Assembly (NCBI GenBank): GCA_039919825.1
Contig: JBDSEW010000353.1
Span: forward strand, 1 to 38,556
Source of the DNA: Chitinophagales bacterium
GTDB lineage: Bacteria > Bacteroidota > Bacteroidia > Chitinophagales > UBA10324
Length of the DNA: 38,556 bases
Direction: 5' to 3'
The translations under genes were made by a program, and so were the position numbers. Below the pieces are notes generated by a model. That model saw only the letters and a list, made by a program, of their open reading frames with translations, was not told where the DNA came from and did no database searches. Positions 9,866 through 19,284 of the stretch are shown here, piece after piece; position 1 is the first letter of the stretch, and every line of letters begins with the position of its first letter.

Positions 9866-10023
9866 TCGTTTAATGTTTTCGTGAAAAAATGTTGAATACG
9901 ATACTTCGCTACGAAGGTAGCAAGTTGTAAGTTACTACACACTATTGAATTCTCTCAGCATTAAATTTTTAATGCTTTAAGAAACATCCGTTCAACGCGC
10001 AAGGTACTTCCTCCATTTATCGC

Positions 10024-11949
10024 TTAACCAATTTCTGATTCCCTTTTAACCTGGTTAATAAAATCCTCAATTGTCATTTGCCCTTTATCACCTTCCCCAT
10101 GTTTTCTCACACTCACTTTGCTTTCCTGTTCTTCTTTATCACCAATCACAAGCATATAAGGGATCTTTTTCATCTCAGCATCCCTGATTTTGCGGCCAAT
10201 TTTTTCGCTGCGCTCGTCTAAATCCGTGCGGATGCGTTGTTTCCTGAAAATTCCCTGCAGCCTCTTTGCGTAATCTAGATGCCTGTCGCTGATGGGTAAT
10301 AAGGTAACTTGTTTAGGAGCCAGCCAAACAGGAAAGTTACCTGCATAATGCTCAATCAAAAAACCAATGAATCGTTCATGCGTACCCAATGGTGCCCTAT
10401 GAATGATCAATGGTGTTTCATCCTGGTTATTTTTGTTTTTGAAGGTAAGCCCAAACCGAAGTGGTTGGCCAAAATCGACCTGGTTAGTAGCCAGCGTGAA
10501 TTCGCGTCCAATTACACTCCAGATCTGCACATCTATCTTGGGTCCGTAAAAGGCAGCTTCGTCCGGTACTTCCACATAGGGTATTTTTGATTTGATCAAT
10601 ACGGTTCGCACCATGTCTTCTGTTTGCTTCCACAACTCCGGCATGTCCAGATATTTCTGGCCAAGTTTAGCCGGATCATGGGTTGAAAACCGCATCACGT
10701 ACTTTTCTATCCCGAAAATTTTGAAGTACTTCAGGTACATATCATTTACTGCCCGGAACTCCTGCTCAAACTGCTCTTCCGTGCAATAAATATGTGCATC
10801 ATTCATATTGAGCGCCCGCACCCGCATTAAGCCAAACAGCTCCCCTGATTGCTCATACCGGTAGCATGTACCATATTCCGCCAGCCTCAAAGGAAGATCT
10901 TTATAGCTCTTTGGAGACGCTGCAAATATCTTATGATGATGCGGGCAATTCATCGACTTCAGGTAATACTTTGTACCATCCAATTCCATTGGCGGAAACA
11001 TCGAATCTGCATAATAGGGCAGGTGGCCACTGGTGATGTACATGGATTCCTTGGCAATGTGCGGTGACTTTACCCGATAGTATCCAGCTTCTTCTTCTGT
11101 CTTTTTAGCAAGGTTTTCCAGTTGTTCAATGATAGCACCACCATTGGGCAGCCAAAGAGCAAGTCCTGGCCCTACGTCATCATCAAAAACAAATATCTCC
11201 AGCTCTTTACCAATCTTACGGTGGTCTCTTTTCTTAGCTTCTTCAACTAGCTGGAGGTATTCGTCCAACTCCTTTTGCCTGGGGAAGGTGATACCGTAAA
11301 TGCGGGTGAGCTGTTTATTTTTTTCATCTCCTTTCCAGTAGGCACCCGCGATGTTCATCAGTTTTGCGGCTTTTATAAAGCTGGTGTTGGGTATGTGCGG
11401 GCCACGGCATAAATCAGTAAAATTACCCTGCTTGTAAAAAGTGATTTCCCCGTCATTGAGTTCATGAATGGTTTCAATTTTGTACTCGTCGCCTTTATCA
11501 GTAAAATATTTGAGTGCTTCTTCCTTTGGAACCTCAGTCCGTGTGTACGAACTGTTTTTTGCAGCAAGTTCTGCCATTTTTGTTTCTATCTTCTTCAAAT
11601 CATCCTGACCTATTTCTCTTCCGCCCAAATCAACATCATAATAAAATCCATTTTCCACTGGCGGGCCATATCCGAACTTAATACCAGGATAAGTAGCTTC
11701 CAATGCTTCGGCCATCAGGTGAGCAGACGAGTGCCAGAAAGTTTCCTTGCCTTCTTTGTCGTCCCAGGTCAGGAGTACCAGTCTTGCATCTTCTTCAATG
11801 GGGCGAAAAGCATCCACCACTTTTCCATTCACTTTGGCCGCCAAAACTTTTCTGGCCAATCCTTCGCTGATGGATTTGGCAATGTCCAGCGCATTGGAAC
11901 CTTTTTCATATTGACGGATGGTTCCGTCGGGGAAAGAAATGTTGATCAT
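10024..11949 (-). CDS. thrS: threonine--tRNA ligase
   Basis: 641 aa with a TGS-like N-terminus, the editing-domain motif HSSAHLMAEA, and a class II core (CRGPH, FRAVNDMY...HRAPLGTHERFIG). Confidence 0.95.
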   Translation of the reverse strand: MINISFPDGTIRQYEKGSNALDIAKSISEGLARKVLAAKVNGKVVDAFRPIEEDARLVLLTWDDKEGKETFWHSSAHLMAEALEATYPGIKFGYGPPVENGFYYDVDLGGREIGQDDLKKIETKMAELAAKNSSYTRTEVPKEEALKYFTDKGDEYKIETIHELNDGEITFYKQGNFTDLCRGPHIPNTSFIKAAKLMNIAGAYWKGDEKNKQLTRIYGITFPRQKELDEYLQLVEEAKKRDHRKIGKELEIFVFDDDVGPGLALWLPNGGAIIEQLENLAKKTEEEAGYYRVKSPHIAKESMYITSGHLPYYADSMFPPMELDGTKYYLKSMNCPHHHKIFAASPKSYKDLPLRLAEYGTCYRYEQSGELFGLMRVRALNMNDAHIYCTEEQFEQEFRAVNDMYLKYFKIFGIEKYVMRFSTHDPAKLGQKYLDMPELWKQTEDMVRTVLIKSKIPYVEVPDEAAFYGPKIDVQIWSVIGREFTLATNQVDFGQPLRFGLTFKNKNNQDETPLIIHRAPLGTHERFIGFLIEHYAGNFPVWLAPKQVTLLPISDRHLDYAKRLQGIFRKQRIRTDLDERSEKIGRKIRDAEMKKIPYMLVIGDKEEQESKVSVRKHGEGDKGQMTIEDFINQVKRESEIG

Positions 11950-12029
11950 AATATTACTACAGTATTAATCCGGTTAACGACAAACATTTTTTACTGAACA
12001 CTACGTTCAGCGAATTCATAATTGCCGAT

Positions 12030-13061
12030 TTATTTTGATGATTGTGTTAAGGTATTCAATTCTTTTTGAGCCAGTTCATAACCAGGTTTCAAAGTTAATG
12101 CCTGACGGAAATCTGCGATTGCCTGCTCGGCGTTTCCTTTTTCTTCTGAGCAAAGGCCGCGATAATAATAGGCTTCAGCATAAGCAGGTTTTACTTTTAT
12201 CGCATAGTCGAACATGCGGTACGCTTTATCAATCGAATCCTCTTTGATATAGATGTAACCAAGGTTAAAGTATGATGATTCAAATTGAGGATTCACTGTA
12301 ATTAATCGCTGGTATGTTGATTTCGCTTTTTCAATCTCCCCGTGATCCTGATAGAACTTGGCCTTTGCATAATGAGCTTCAGCACTTGTGCTGTCAATAC
12401 GTATGGCATTGTCAAAGTATTGCGGAGCAGATGACATTTTATTATTACTGGTAATCAATCCGAGCTGCATGTAGCCATCGTAAAAGTCAGGCTTAATCTG
12501 TACTGATTTCTGAAATGATGTGATTGCCCTGTTTGTATCACCCATCTCTTTAAAGTTAAGTCCACGGATAAACCAGGTTTCAAAATTGTCTTTATCCAAT
12601 TCCTGTACCCTTGCAAGTTGATCCATAGAATTTTTATACTCCTTTTTGTAGAAGTAAACCTTGCTCAATTTTATCATGGCCTCTGAATTTTTCCCATCTC
12701 CATCAATGATATGATGAAAGGCATCAATGGCACCGTCGGCAGAACCACCTTTGAGGTAAATATCTGCTATCGCGAAATAATACTTTGCATTTGAAGAGTC
12801 GAGTGCAATGGCAGTCGACATATCATGAAAGGAGGCGGGAATATTTCCAATCTGAAGAAAAACATTGCTTCTCAGGAAATACTGTTCAGGATTCTTTGGA
12901 TCCGCCTTTATTTTTTCGGTCAGTGTTTTGATTTGCGGATCAGAAGCATCTTTACTCGCCAATGAATCAATAGCATCTTTCTTCACCTCACCAGAATGAT
13001 TACAGGATGTAAAAATGAATATGACAACCATCGAAAAAAAAACTGTCAAAAAAAATCTCAT
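12030..13061 (-). CDS. tetratricopeptide-repeat lipoprotein
   Basis: MRFFLTVFFSMVVIFIFTSC is a signal peptide with a lipobox. Repeated about-34-aa A..Y...G.......A...F..A TPR units follow through to the C-terminus. Confidence 0.8.
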   Translation of the reverse strand: MRFFLTVFFSMVVIFIFTSCNHSGEVKKDAIDSLASKDASDPQIKTLTEKIKADPKNPEQYFLRSNVFLQIGNIPASFHDMSTAIALDSSNAKYYFAIADIYLKGGSADGAIDAFHHIIDGDGKNSEAMIKLSKVYFYKKEYKNSMDQLARVQELDKDNFETWFIRGLNFKEMGDTNRAITSFQKSVQIKPDFYDGYMQLGLITSNNKMSSAPQYFDNAIRIDSTSAEAHYAKAKFYQDHGEIEKAKSTYQRLITVNPQFESSYFNLGYIYIKEDSIDKAYRMFDYAIKVKPAYAEAYYYRGLCSEEKGNAEQAIADFRQALTLKPGYELAQKELNTLTQSSK

Positions 13062-13118
13062 GCTTCAAATTTAGGTAATGGGGGAGGAAGGTGTATTATT
13101 GTAGAGCAGCAAAAGGTA

Positions 13119-13412
13119 TTAATTGTATACCATCTTTGGCATCAGGCCAAGTGCATTGTCGAAAATGAAAAGCTGGTCAACGTCGTATGTATAATAATTG
13201 CTGATAGGGAATGATTCAACGATACTGGCAACCTCTTCCTCATCCTTGGCGTTGAGTGTGATCCAACCTTTTGTGCGTTCCATATTCACACCATAGGTTT
13301 CAATCACTTCCTTAAGTAACAACTCATTTACCAACTCGCGATGCTCCGGAATTAATTGCCAGAATCTTTCATCAAGATCAAGAAGATAAAAGGTTATGAG
13401 GTATTTATGCAT
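13119..13412 (-). CDS. small hypothetical protein (97 aa), possibly a ferredoxin-like / muconolactone-isomerase-like fold
   Basis: Clean ATG-started ORF. There is only weak pattern similarity (M..L..F.........E......E.....G....W..........I.ES.P....Y..D...L). Confidence 0.45.
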   Translation of the reverse strand: MHKYLITFYLLDLDERFWQLIPEHRELVNELLLKEVIETYGVNMERTKGWITLNAKDEEEVASIVESFPISNYYTYDVDQLFIFDNALGLMPKMVYN

Positions 13413-13603
13413 TCAGTGGTGCTTACCGCAAATATATTTCAGAAAATCGTGTTTAGGAAATCCAATTGAAGTGCTAACATCCTGTGTTTTCTTTCTTAAG
13501 AAACTGATTTGAAGGATCCTTTTGATTTCACAAAGCATGACGGCAAAATCCTTCAACAAGATGAGTGCCTTTCAAAACTCTTAGCAAATACGGAGCTTGC
13601 TGG

Positions 13604-13777
13604 TTACTTTTTGGATATCGTTTTGGTTTTGGTGCGCCCACTCTCGATCAGTGCCTTTTGCAATAAGTATTCAATTTGTCCATTCAGACTGCGGAAATCA
13701 GCAGCAGCCCATTTCTCTATCTCTTTGAGGGTATCAGGATTGATGCGTAATATGAATGCTTTCTTTTCCGCAGGCAT
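13604..13777 (-). CDS. Arc/MetJ-type ribbon-helix-helix DNA-binding protein (57 aa; below the ORF-track cutoff)
   Basis: The reverse-strand ATG at 13777 gives MPAEKKAFILRINPDTLKEIEKWAAADFRSLNGQIEYLLQKALIESGRTKTKTISKK, then TAA at 13604-13606. The pattern is RHH-like: a beta strand (FILRI), helix 1, then RSLNGQIEYLL helix 2. It lies 95 nt downstream of the SPFH gene. Confidence 0.7.
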   Translation of the reverse strand: MPAEKKAFILRINPDTLKEIEKWAAADFRSLNGQIEYLLQKALIESGRTKTKTISKK

Positions 13778-13872
13778 AAAATAGGTGCAGTCTAAGGTGT
13801 TGTTCTCTGATAGAGTGAAAATGAACTCCGTCTGAAGTTCATTCCGCTTTACAGTCAGGCAAAAAAGTGTTC

Positions 13873-14727
13873 TTAGTTGTAAAGAGTTCCGGCATTTACC
13901 ACGGGGCTTACATTCTTATCTCCGCAAAGTACTACCAGCAGGTTGCTCACCATCGCCGCTTTGCGCTCTTCATCAAGGTGTACAATCTCTTTTTCTGAAA
14001 GTCTTGCAAGTGCCATCTCCACCATTCCTACTGCACCTTCCACAATTAATTTTCTGGCAGAAACCACTGCAGAAGCCTGCTGACGCTGCAGCATGGCACC
14101 GGCAATTTCCGGAGCATAGGCGAGATGACTGATGCGTGCCTCACTCACAATGATGCCGGACTGGGAAAGGCGTTCATTCAATTCATTCACCAGCATTTCA
14201 TTCACTTTGTCACCACCACCGCGCAATGTTATCGTAGCCAGTTCGTCCTCTATAAAATCATAAGGACAAGTGCCTGCCAAATGGCGCACTGCCGCTTCGC
14301 TTTGAATGGCAACAAATTGTTCATAGTTGTTCACTTCATAAAGTGCCTTTGCAGTATCCACTACATTCCATACAATTACCGCGGCTATTTCTATCGGGTT
14401 GCCTATTTTATCATTCACTTTAAGGGGTTGGCCATTTAAGTTGCGCGCTCGGAGCGAAACATGCTGGCGTGCAAAGAAGGGATTAGCCCACATCAATCCG
14501 TTTTGCTTAACCGTGCCTGCGTATTTTCCGAATAAGGTGAGTGCTTTAGCTTCATTCGGATTTACAATAAAAATTCCCCGCATAATAAATGGCAGTGCGA
14601 TAGCAAACGGAATAGCCGCAGGCGGTAAGTTATTCAGCATACATATAATTACTGCGGCAGCGCAGCCGAAAGCAACGCCAATCATGATGAATCCTGAAAT
14701 AGCGGTGAAGTTTTTTTCCTGTATCAT
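13873..14727 (-). CDS. SPFH/band-7 domain membrane protein
   Basis: N-terminal TM segments are followed by an SPFH core ([32 protein letters not shown]) and an A/Q-rich helix ([17 protein letters not shown]). Confidence 0.85.
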   Translation of the reverse strand: MIQEKNFTAISGFIMIGVAFGCAAAVIICMLNNLPPAAIPFAIALPFIMRGIFIVNPNEAKALTLFGKYAGTVKQNGLMWANPFFARQHVSLRARNLNGQPLKVNDKIGNPIEIAAVIVWNVVDTAKALYEVNNYEQFVAIQSEAAVRHLAGTCPYDFIEDELATITLRGGGDKVNEMLVNELNERLSQSGIIVSEARISHLAYAPEIAGAMLQRQQASAVVSARKLIVEGAVGMVEMALARLSEKEIVHLDEERKAAMVSNLLVVLCGDKNVSPVVNAGTLYN

Positions 14728-14759
14728 GGCTTTATTTGTTTGATATTAAATTGATATCA

Positions 14760-14791
14760 CAAAGATAGCATTCGAAAAATGTCAAATCCAA
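14760..14791 (-). promoter_or_regulatory. candidate Bacteroidota sigma-A promoter for the SPFH gene
   Basis: The minus strand reads TATCTTTG (TAnnTTTG -7 box) at 14760-14767, 33 nt upstream of the ATG. A TTG lies about 21 nt further upstream (14789-14791). Confidence 0.3.
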
Positions 14792-14889
14792 ATTTTTCGC
14801 CAACTATTTTTTTTATCCGCTACAGCTGAATTTATGAACGGCCTGTGTTATGAGTTGAAGTAGTAAGTTTGAGAAAGCTTTCCATAGTA

Positions 14890-15540
14890 ATGACCGTACT
14901 CACTCATGAATTGTGGTTTCCCGATCCGGACCAGGCAGATGAAGAAGGTCTGCTGGCGATTGGTGGTGATCTTTCACCCGAACGCCTGCTGCTGGCTTAT
15001 CAAAAGGGTATCTTCCCCTGGTTTATGGAGGACGGTATCATTTTTTGGTTCTGCCCGCCGCGAAGAATGGTGCTGTTTCCGAAAGAACTACATATCAGCA
15101 AAAGCATGAAGGAGGTACTCCGTTCAAAAAAGTTTCGTGTTACGGAGAACGAAGCATTTAAAAAAGTGATTCAAATGTGTGCTAAAGTTCATGCCCGAAC
15201 CAAATCTGTTACCTGGATCAGTGATGAATTTATAGCGGCGTATTCCAAACTTCATCAACAGGGCCATGCACTTTCAATTGAGGTGTGGGAGAACGATTAC
15301 CTGTCAGGTGGTTTATATGGGGTTGTAGTAGGAAATATCTTTTGTGGTGAGAGTATGTTTAGCCTGGTGCCAAATTCTTCCAAGGTGGCACTTATTGAAA
15401 TTTGCAGGAGCGAAAAATATTCACACATCGATTGCCAGGTTGTTACCAATCACCTGACCCGTATGGGAGCAAGGAATATTAGCAGGAATGCATATTTGAA
15501 ATTGCTGGAACAGGCTTCCTCATTGAAACCGAAGCGATAA
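14890..15540 (+). CDS. aat: leucyl/phenylalanyl-tRNA--protein transferase
   Basis: FPDP..A..EGLLAIGGDLSPERLLLAYQKGIFPWF and GGLYGV..G..F.GESMFS motifs. The track start at 14869 is TTG; the first ATG is at 14890. Confidence 0.9.
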   Translation: MTVLTHELWFPDPDQADEEGLLAIGGDLSPERLLLAYQKGIFPWFMEDGIIFWFCPPRRMVLFPKELHISKSMKEVLRSKKFRVTENEAFKKVIQMCAKVHARTKSVTWISDEFIAAYSKLHQQGHALSIEVWENDYLSGGLYGVVVGNIFCGESMFSLVPNSSKVALIEICRSEKYSHIDCQVVTNHLTRMGARNISRNAYLKLLEQASSLKPKR

Positions 15541-16281
15541 ACACGTGAGACCGCCATCCATTTTCTCAAATTCCGACATGTCTATCTCAACGGGTGTGTA
15601 ACCTGATTTTTGCAACGCTGACTTTAGGCGATCAAATCCTTTTGGCATAATCAGCTGATCATTAACAAAAAGGCAGTTGGCAGCGTACAGATCTCTTTCT
15701 TCAACTGTTATCACATTAAAATTGCGGAACTCCTTGTGCGATGCCATCTCCTCGGAAGCCAGCAGGTTGTTGTTTCCAATGTAGTTTACTAACGTTTTCA
15801 AATGCAATGCAGAGCTCATTGAGACCAGGCTAAAAGAATAACCATAGCGGCTGAGTATTGCTCCCAGTTGCAGCGCGCCGGCTTCATTGGTTCGGGCTGT
15901 AATTCCAATGTAAAAATGTTTGTTTACCTGCAACACATCGCCACCCTCCAACGTGCCCGGTGCCAGAATAAACTCCAGCTTACGGTGTTGCTGCAACACG
16001 GGTTGAATCGATTTCACTTCATCCTTACGGGTAACAGCTCCCGGATTGGTGATAATGGCTGCCTCGTTAATAACCACCGCAGTATCCTCCACAAAGCAAC
16101 TATCAGGAAATGATTCATCAGCTTCCATCACCTGAACCCCAAGCCCGCATTGCCTGAGTGCCTGAACATACAACCCGTGCTGTGCGCGTGCAAGATTAAT
16201 ATCAGGCTGGCCGAGGTTGGCTGTTGTAATTCCGTTTCGGTAATTCGAGCAGGGCGTTCGGGTAATGGCGAAGTGAAACAT
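15520..16281 (-). CDS. dimethylarginine dimethylaminohydrolase-like amidinotransferase (guanidino-group modifying enzyme superfamily)
   Basis: FVEDTAVV.., ..GGDVL.. and the C-terminal EFEKMDGGLTCLSLRF, whose catalytic Cys context is typical of DDAH/arginine-deiminase folds. The ATG at 16281 is preferred over the upstream track start. Confidence 0.8.
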   Translation of the reverse strand: MFHFAITRTPCSNYRNGITTANLGQPDINLARAQHGLYVQALRQCGLGVQVMEADESFPDSCFVEDTAVVINEAAIITNPGAVTRKDEVKSIQPVLQQHRKLEFILAPGTLEGGDVLQVNKHFYIGITARTNEAGALQLGAILSRYGYSFSLVSMSSALHLKTLVNYIGNNNLLASEEMASHKEFRNFNVITVEERDLYAANCLFVNDQLIMPKGFDRLKSALQKSGYTPVEIDMSEFEKMDGGLTCLSLRFQ

Positions 16282-16620
16282 GACTGGTAAATATAATGTA
16301 AAAGGGCAAGTTGGTAATGATCGGTGAATCAATCACAGCGCATCAAATATGATTTTTTTCCGAATTATCCCCGTACACTGCTTTTATATACAAACTAATT
16401 GAATATGCACACTTCAAAGCATGATTACCTTGTTAAATCCTTCAATTGGCAATCGCACTCCAATGCTTTATATTTGTCGGGATTTACGCCCTTCACTTTG
16501 AAACTTAATAATGTCGAAGGCGTAATTGCTATCCGGAATACAGAAGTCGTATCAAAACACACATTGAAACTGGTCTGATATTCCAAACACATAAAATTAT
16601 TTTTCAAAAAAATCAAGGTT

Positions 16621-19209
16621 ATGATCAAACGATTTACTTCTCTGCCAACCTATCTCAACATTCGGCATTCATTATTTTCAACTTCTCAGTGCGCAAGGAT
16701 AATCGGGTTGGTTACAATCATTCTTTCTGCTGCTTCAATGGTGTTTGCTCAAACAGTTCCGGTTAAAGAATGGGACAAAAGTTTTGGTGGAACCAAGCAT
16801 GATGAGATGTATGTCATAATACAGACCAATGATGGGGGGTACCTGCTTGGCGGCGATTCAGATTCCCCTATAAGCGGGGAGAAATCTCAGGGCTCGCAAG
16901 GGTTTAGTGATTACTGGATCGTGAAAACAGATGCACTTGGCAATAAAATGTGGGACAAGCGATTTGGTGGTAACTCAAGGGAAGAAATGTTTTGTGTATT
17001 GCAAACATCTGATAGTGGATATCTGCTGGGTGGCTGGTCAATGTCTGATGTTAGTGGTGACAAAACCCAAACCAGCCGTGGAGAGAGTGATTACTGGATC
17101 GTGAAAACAGATTTGAATGGCAACAAACTTTGGGACAAGCGATATGGTGGAACTTCAGGTGATGAGTTGCGTGCTATGGCCCCAACAAGTGACGGAGGAT
17201 TCATTTTGGCCGGGGAATCGCTATCAGGTGCAGGCGGCGAAAAGACACAGGCTAATCATGGTGAATTTGATGTATGGGTGGTAAAGATAAATGCAGAAGG
17301 AATCAAGCAATGGGATGCTTCTTATGGAGGTATTCTGGACGATCGTTTGAATGCCATTCAGCAAACACCCGATGGAGGGTACATAATCGGTTCATGGACC
17401 CTTTCTCCCATTGGTTTTGACATTACACAACCAAGCAGAGGCTCAACGGATATGTGGCTCGTGAAGACAGATGCCAGCGGTGTTAAAAAGTGGGATGGCC
17501 GCTATGGTGGCGATAACAATGAATATTTGTATGCATTAGATCAAACAACTGATGGCGGATTTATTTTAGGCGGGTATACAAGATCTGATGTGAATGGTGA
17601 TGTCACCATACCTGGTAAGGGAGGGTTTGATTTTTGGATGGTGAAAACAAATAGTACTGGAATAAAACAATGGGATAAGCGCTATGGTGGAAATAATGAT
17701 GAAAAAGGAAAATCAATTTTTGAAACTACAGATGGAGGATTTATCATGGGAGGGTGGTCTGAATCGGGTATCAGTGGCGATAAAACGCAGGAAACTAAGG
17801 GTACCGTGGACTATTGGGTAGTTAAATCGGATGTAAATGGCAATAAGCTGTGGGACCTCGATTTTGGCGCGAGTAATGAAGAGCGCTTGCACGACATTCC
17901 GCAGACGAGCGATGGGGGATTTATAATCGGGGGACACTCTTATTCCACAAAGAATGGTGATAAATCGCAGACAACCTTTGGCATAGATGACTATTGGATT
18001 GTAAAGCTATCTGCTTCAGATCCAACAGAACTTTTTTACGCTGATACAGATAATGACGGATATGGAAATGCCGCAATTGATACATTGGCTGTGGCCGCAC
18101 CTCCCGGCTATGTAAGTGATAACACCGATTGTAACGATACTAATGCTGCAGTTAATCCTGCTGCTGCTGAAGTTTGTAATGCAAATGTAGATGACGACTG
18201 TGATGGACTGGCTGATGATGACGATATTAATGTCGCAGGACAGGGAAGTTTTTATACAGATAATGACAATGATTTGTTTGGATCAGGTGCAGCCATTCAC
18301 GCCTGCATTCAGCCTGTGGGAACAGCGGCAGAAAACAACGATTGCAATAACAACAATCCAGCAATAAATCCTGGGGCGTTTGATATGTGCAATGGTATTG
18401 ATGACAACTGCAATTTTACAACGGATGAAAATCCATTGGCGGTTCCAACCATCACGCCCCAGGGAACAATATCAGCCTGCAATGGTGTCGACGTTCTTTT
18501 GACCACAGATAGTCAACCTTCATTAAGCTATCAGTGGTTCAAGGGAAGCACACCTCAGCCTGGCGCAACCAACAATACTTTTATAACCAACAAGGCCGGA
18601 AAATTTAATGTAAAGATAAGCACCATTCCCAGCTGTGAAGCTTCTTCAGCCATCACTGTTATCCAAAGGTTCAGCAAACCTGAAGCGGAGATCACAGCGC
18701 TTGGTAATCTTAATATTTGTGAAACAGGATCTGTTGATCTGAAAGCAAACGGGGGTACCGGACTTCTGTACCAGTGGAAAAAAGGCAACAGCTTGCTCAT
18801 TGGTGCTACCAACTTAATTTATACAACCACCTCGATAGGTTCCTATAGGGTAATTGTTTCGAACGAAGCGGGTTGCAGTAATACTTCACCCAATGTTAAG
18901 GTAACTGCATCTTGCAAGGATGCACAATTGATCTCTGGTGGTTCTGATGGAGAGTTAGTGGTGTATCCCAATCCCGCAGGAAATCACTTGGTGGTGAATA
19001 TGAAATTTAAAGAAGGGGTGAATGCCGAAGCGATTATTGCAGTCGTTGATCTGCTAGGTCGCAGTGTTCAATTGTCTAAAGCACAGGTTTCAGATGGCTT
19101 TCTGCAGTGCGATCTTTATCTTGAAGGAACCATTGCCGATGGCAGTTACTTCGTAAAAGTATGGGTGAACAATCAACTTTTCGTGAAAAACATCCTTCTA
19201 CAGCAATAA
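16621..19209 (+). CDS. secreted multi-domain T9SS cargo protein: 7 x 60-aa propeller-like repeats, two MopE-like Cys/Asp-rich motifs, two Ig-like modules and a Por C-terminal sorting domain
   Basis: Signal peptide ..LSAASMVFAQ. There are seven WDK.(F/Y)GG...(D/E)......T.DGG(Y/F).(L/I)GG.S.S..SG(D/E)K(T/S)Q...G..DYW(I/V)VK.(D/N)..G repeats. DTDNDGYG...DCND.N..VNP.A.E.CN..DDDCDG occurs twice, and YQW.KG....GAT...Y twice. The C-terminus VVYPNPAGNHLVV....GSYFVKV is a T9SS CTD. Confidence 0.85.
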   Translation: MIKRFTSLPTYLNIRHSLFSTSQCARIIGLVTIILSAASMVFAQTVPVKEWDKSFGGTKHDEMYVIIQTNDGGYLLGGDSDSPISGEKSQGSQGFSDYWIVKTDALGNKMWDKRFGGNSREEMFCVLQTSDSGYLLGGWSMSDVSGDKTQTSRGESDYWIVKTDLNGNKLWDKRYGGTSGDELRAMAPTSDGGFILAGESLSGAGGEKTQANHGEFDVWVVKINAEGIKQWDASYGGILDDRLNAIQQTPDGGYIIGSWTLSPIGFDITQPSRGSTDMWLVKTDASGVKKWDGRYGGDNNEYLYALDQTTDGGFILGGYTRSDVNGDVTIPGKGGFDFWMVKTNSTGIKQWDKRYGGNNDEKGKSIFETTDGGFIMGGWSESGISGDKTQETKGTVDYWVVKSDVNGNKLWDLDFGASNEERLHDIPQTSDGGFIIGGHSYSTKNGDKSQTTFGIDDYWIVKLSASDPTELFYADTDNDGYGNAAIDTLAVAAPPGYVSDNTDCNDTNAAVNPAAAEVCNANVDDDCDGLADDDDINVAGQGSFYTDNDNDLFGSGAAIHACIQPVGTAAENNDCNNNNPAINPGAFDMCNGIDDNCNFTTDENPLAVPTITPQGTISACNGVDVLLTTDSQPSLSYQWFKGSTPQPGATNNTFITNKAGKFNVKISTIPSCEASSAITVIQRFSKPEAEITALGNLNICETGSVDLKANGGTGLLYQWKKGNSLLIGATNLIYTTTSIGSYRVIVSNEAGCSNTSPNVKVTASCKDAQLISGGSDGELVVYPNPAGNHLVVNMKFKEGVNAEAIIAVVDLLGRSVQLSKAQVSDGFLQCDLYLEGTIADGSYFVKVWVNNQLFVKNILLQQ
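16771..18030 (+). repeat. seven tandem 180-bp (60-codon) coding repeats
   Basis: WD-(K/A/G/L)-x-(F/Y)-G units start every 60 codons. The exact 27-nt string agtgattactggatcgtgaaaacagat occurs at 16906-16932 and again at 17086-17112, exactly 180 bp apart. Confidence 0.85.
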
Positions 19210-19284
19210 ATGAATAGTGAATCTGAGCATTAAAAAGTTCTTGTCAACAGGCGCTTTTTTATTGTCATTTAGAACACGTGCTTG

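Noticed and set aside
11994-12010. Hairpin ctgaac-actac-gttcag between the TPR gene stop and the thrS start
   Set aside because: On the transcribed (minus) strand it is followed by an A-run, not a U-run, so it is not a canonical terminator. It is too short to call a riboswitch or T-box-like leader.
13509-13784. Plus-strand 91-aa track ORF (MKDPFDFTKHDGK...)
   Set aside because: It has no recognisable motif or sensible context. The opposite strand encodes a well-formed Arc/RHH protein (13604..13777) co-oriented with the neighbouring SPFH gene, so the plus-strand ORF is most likely a shadow.
16425-16628. Minus-strand 67-aa ORF upstream of the repeat protein
   Set aside because: It lies in the A+T-rich divergent promoter region, overlaps the start of 16621..19209, and has no motif or partner context.
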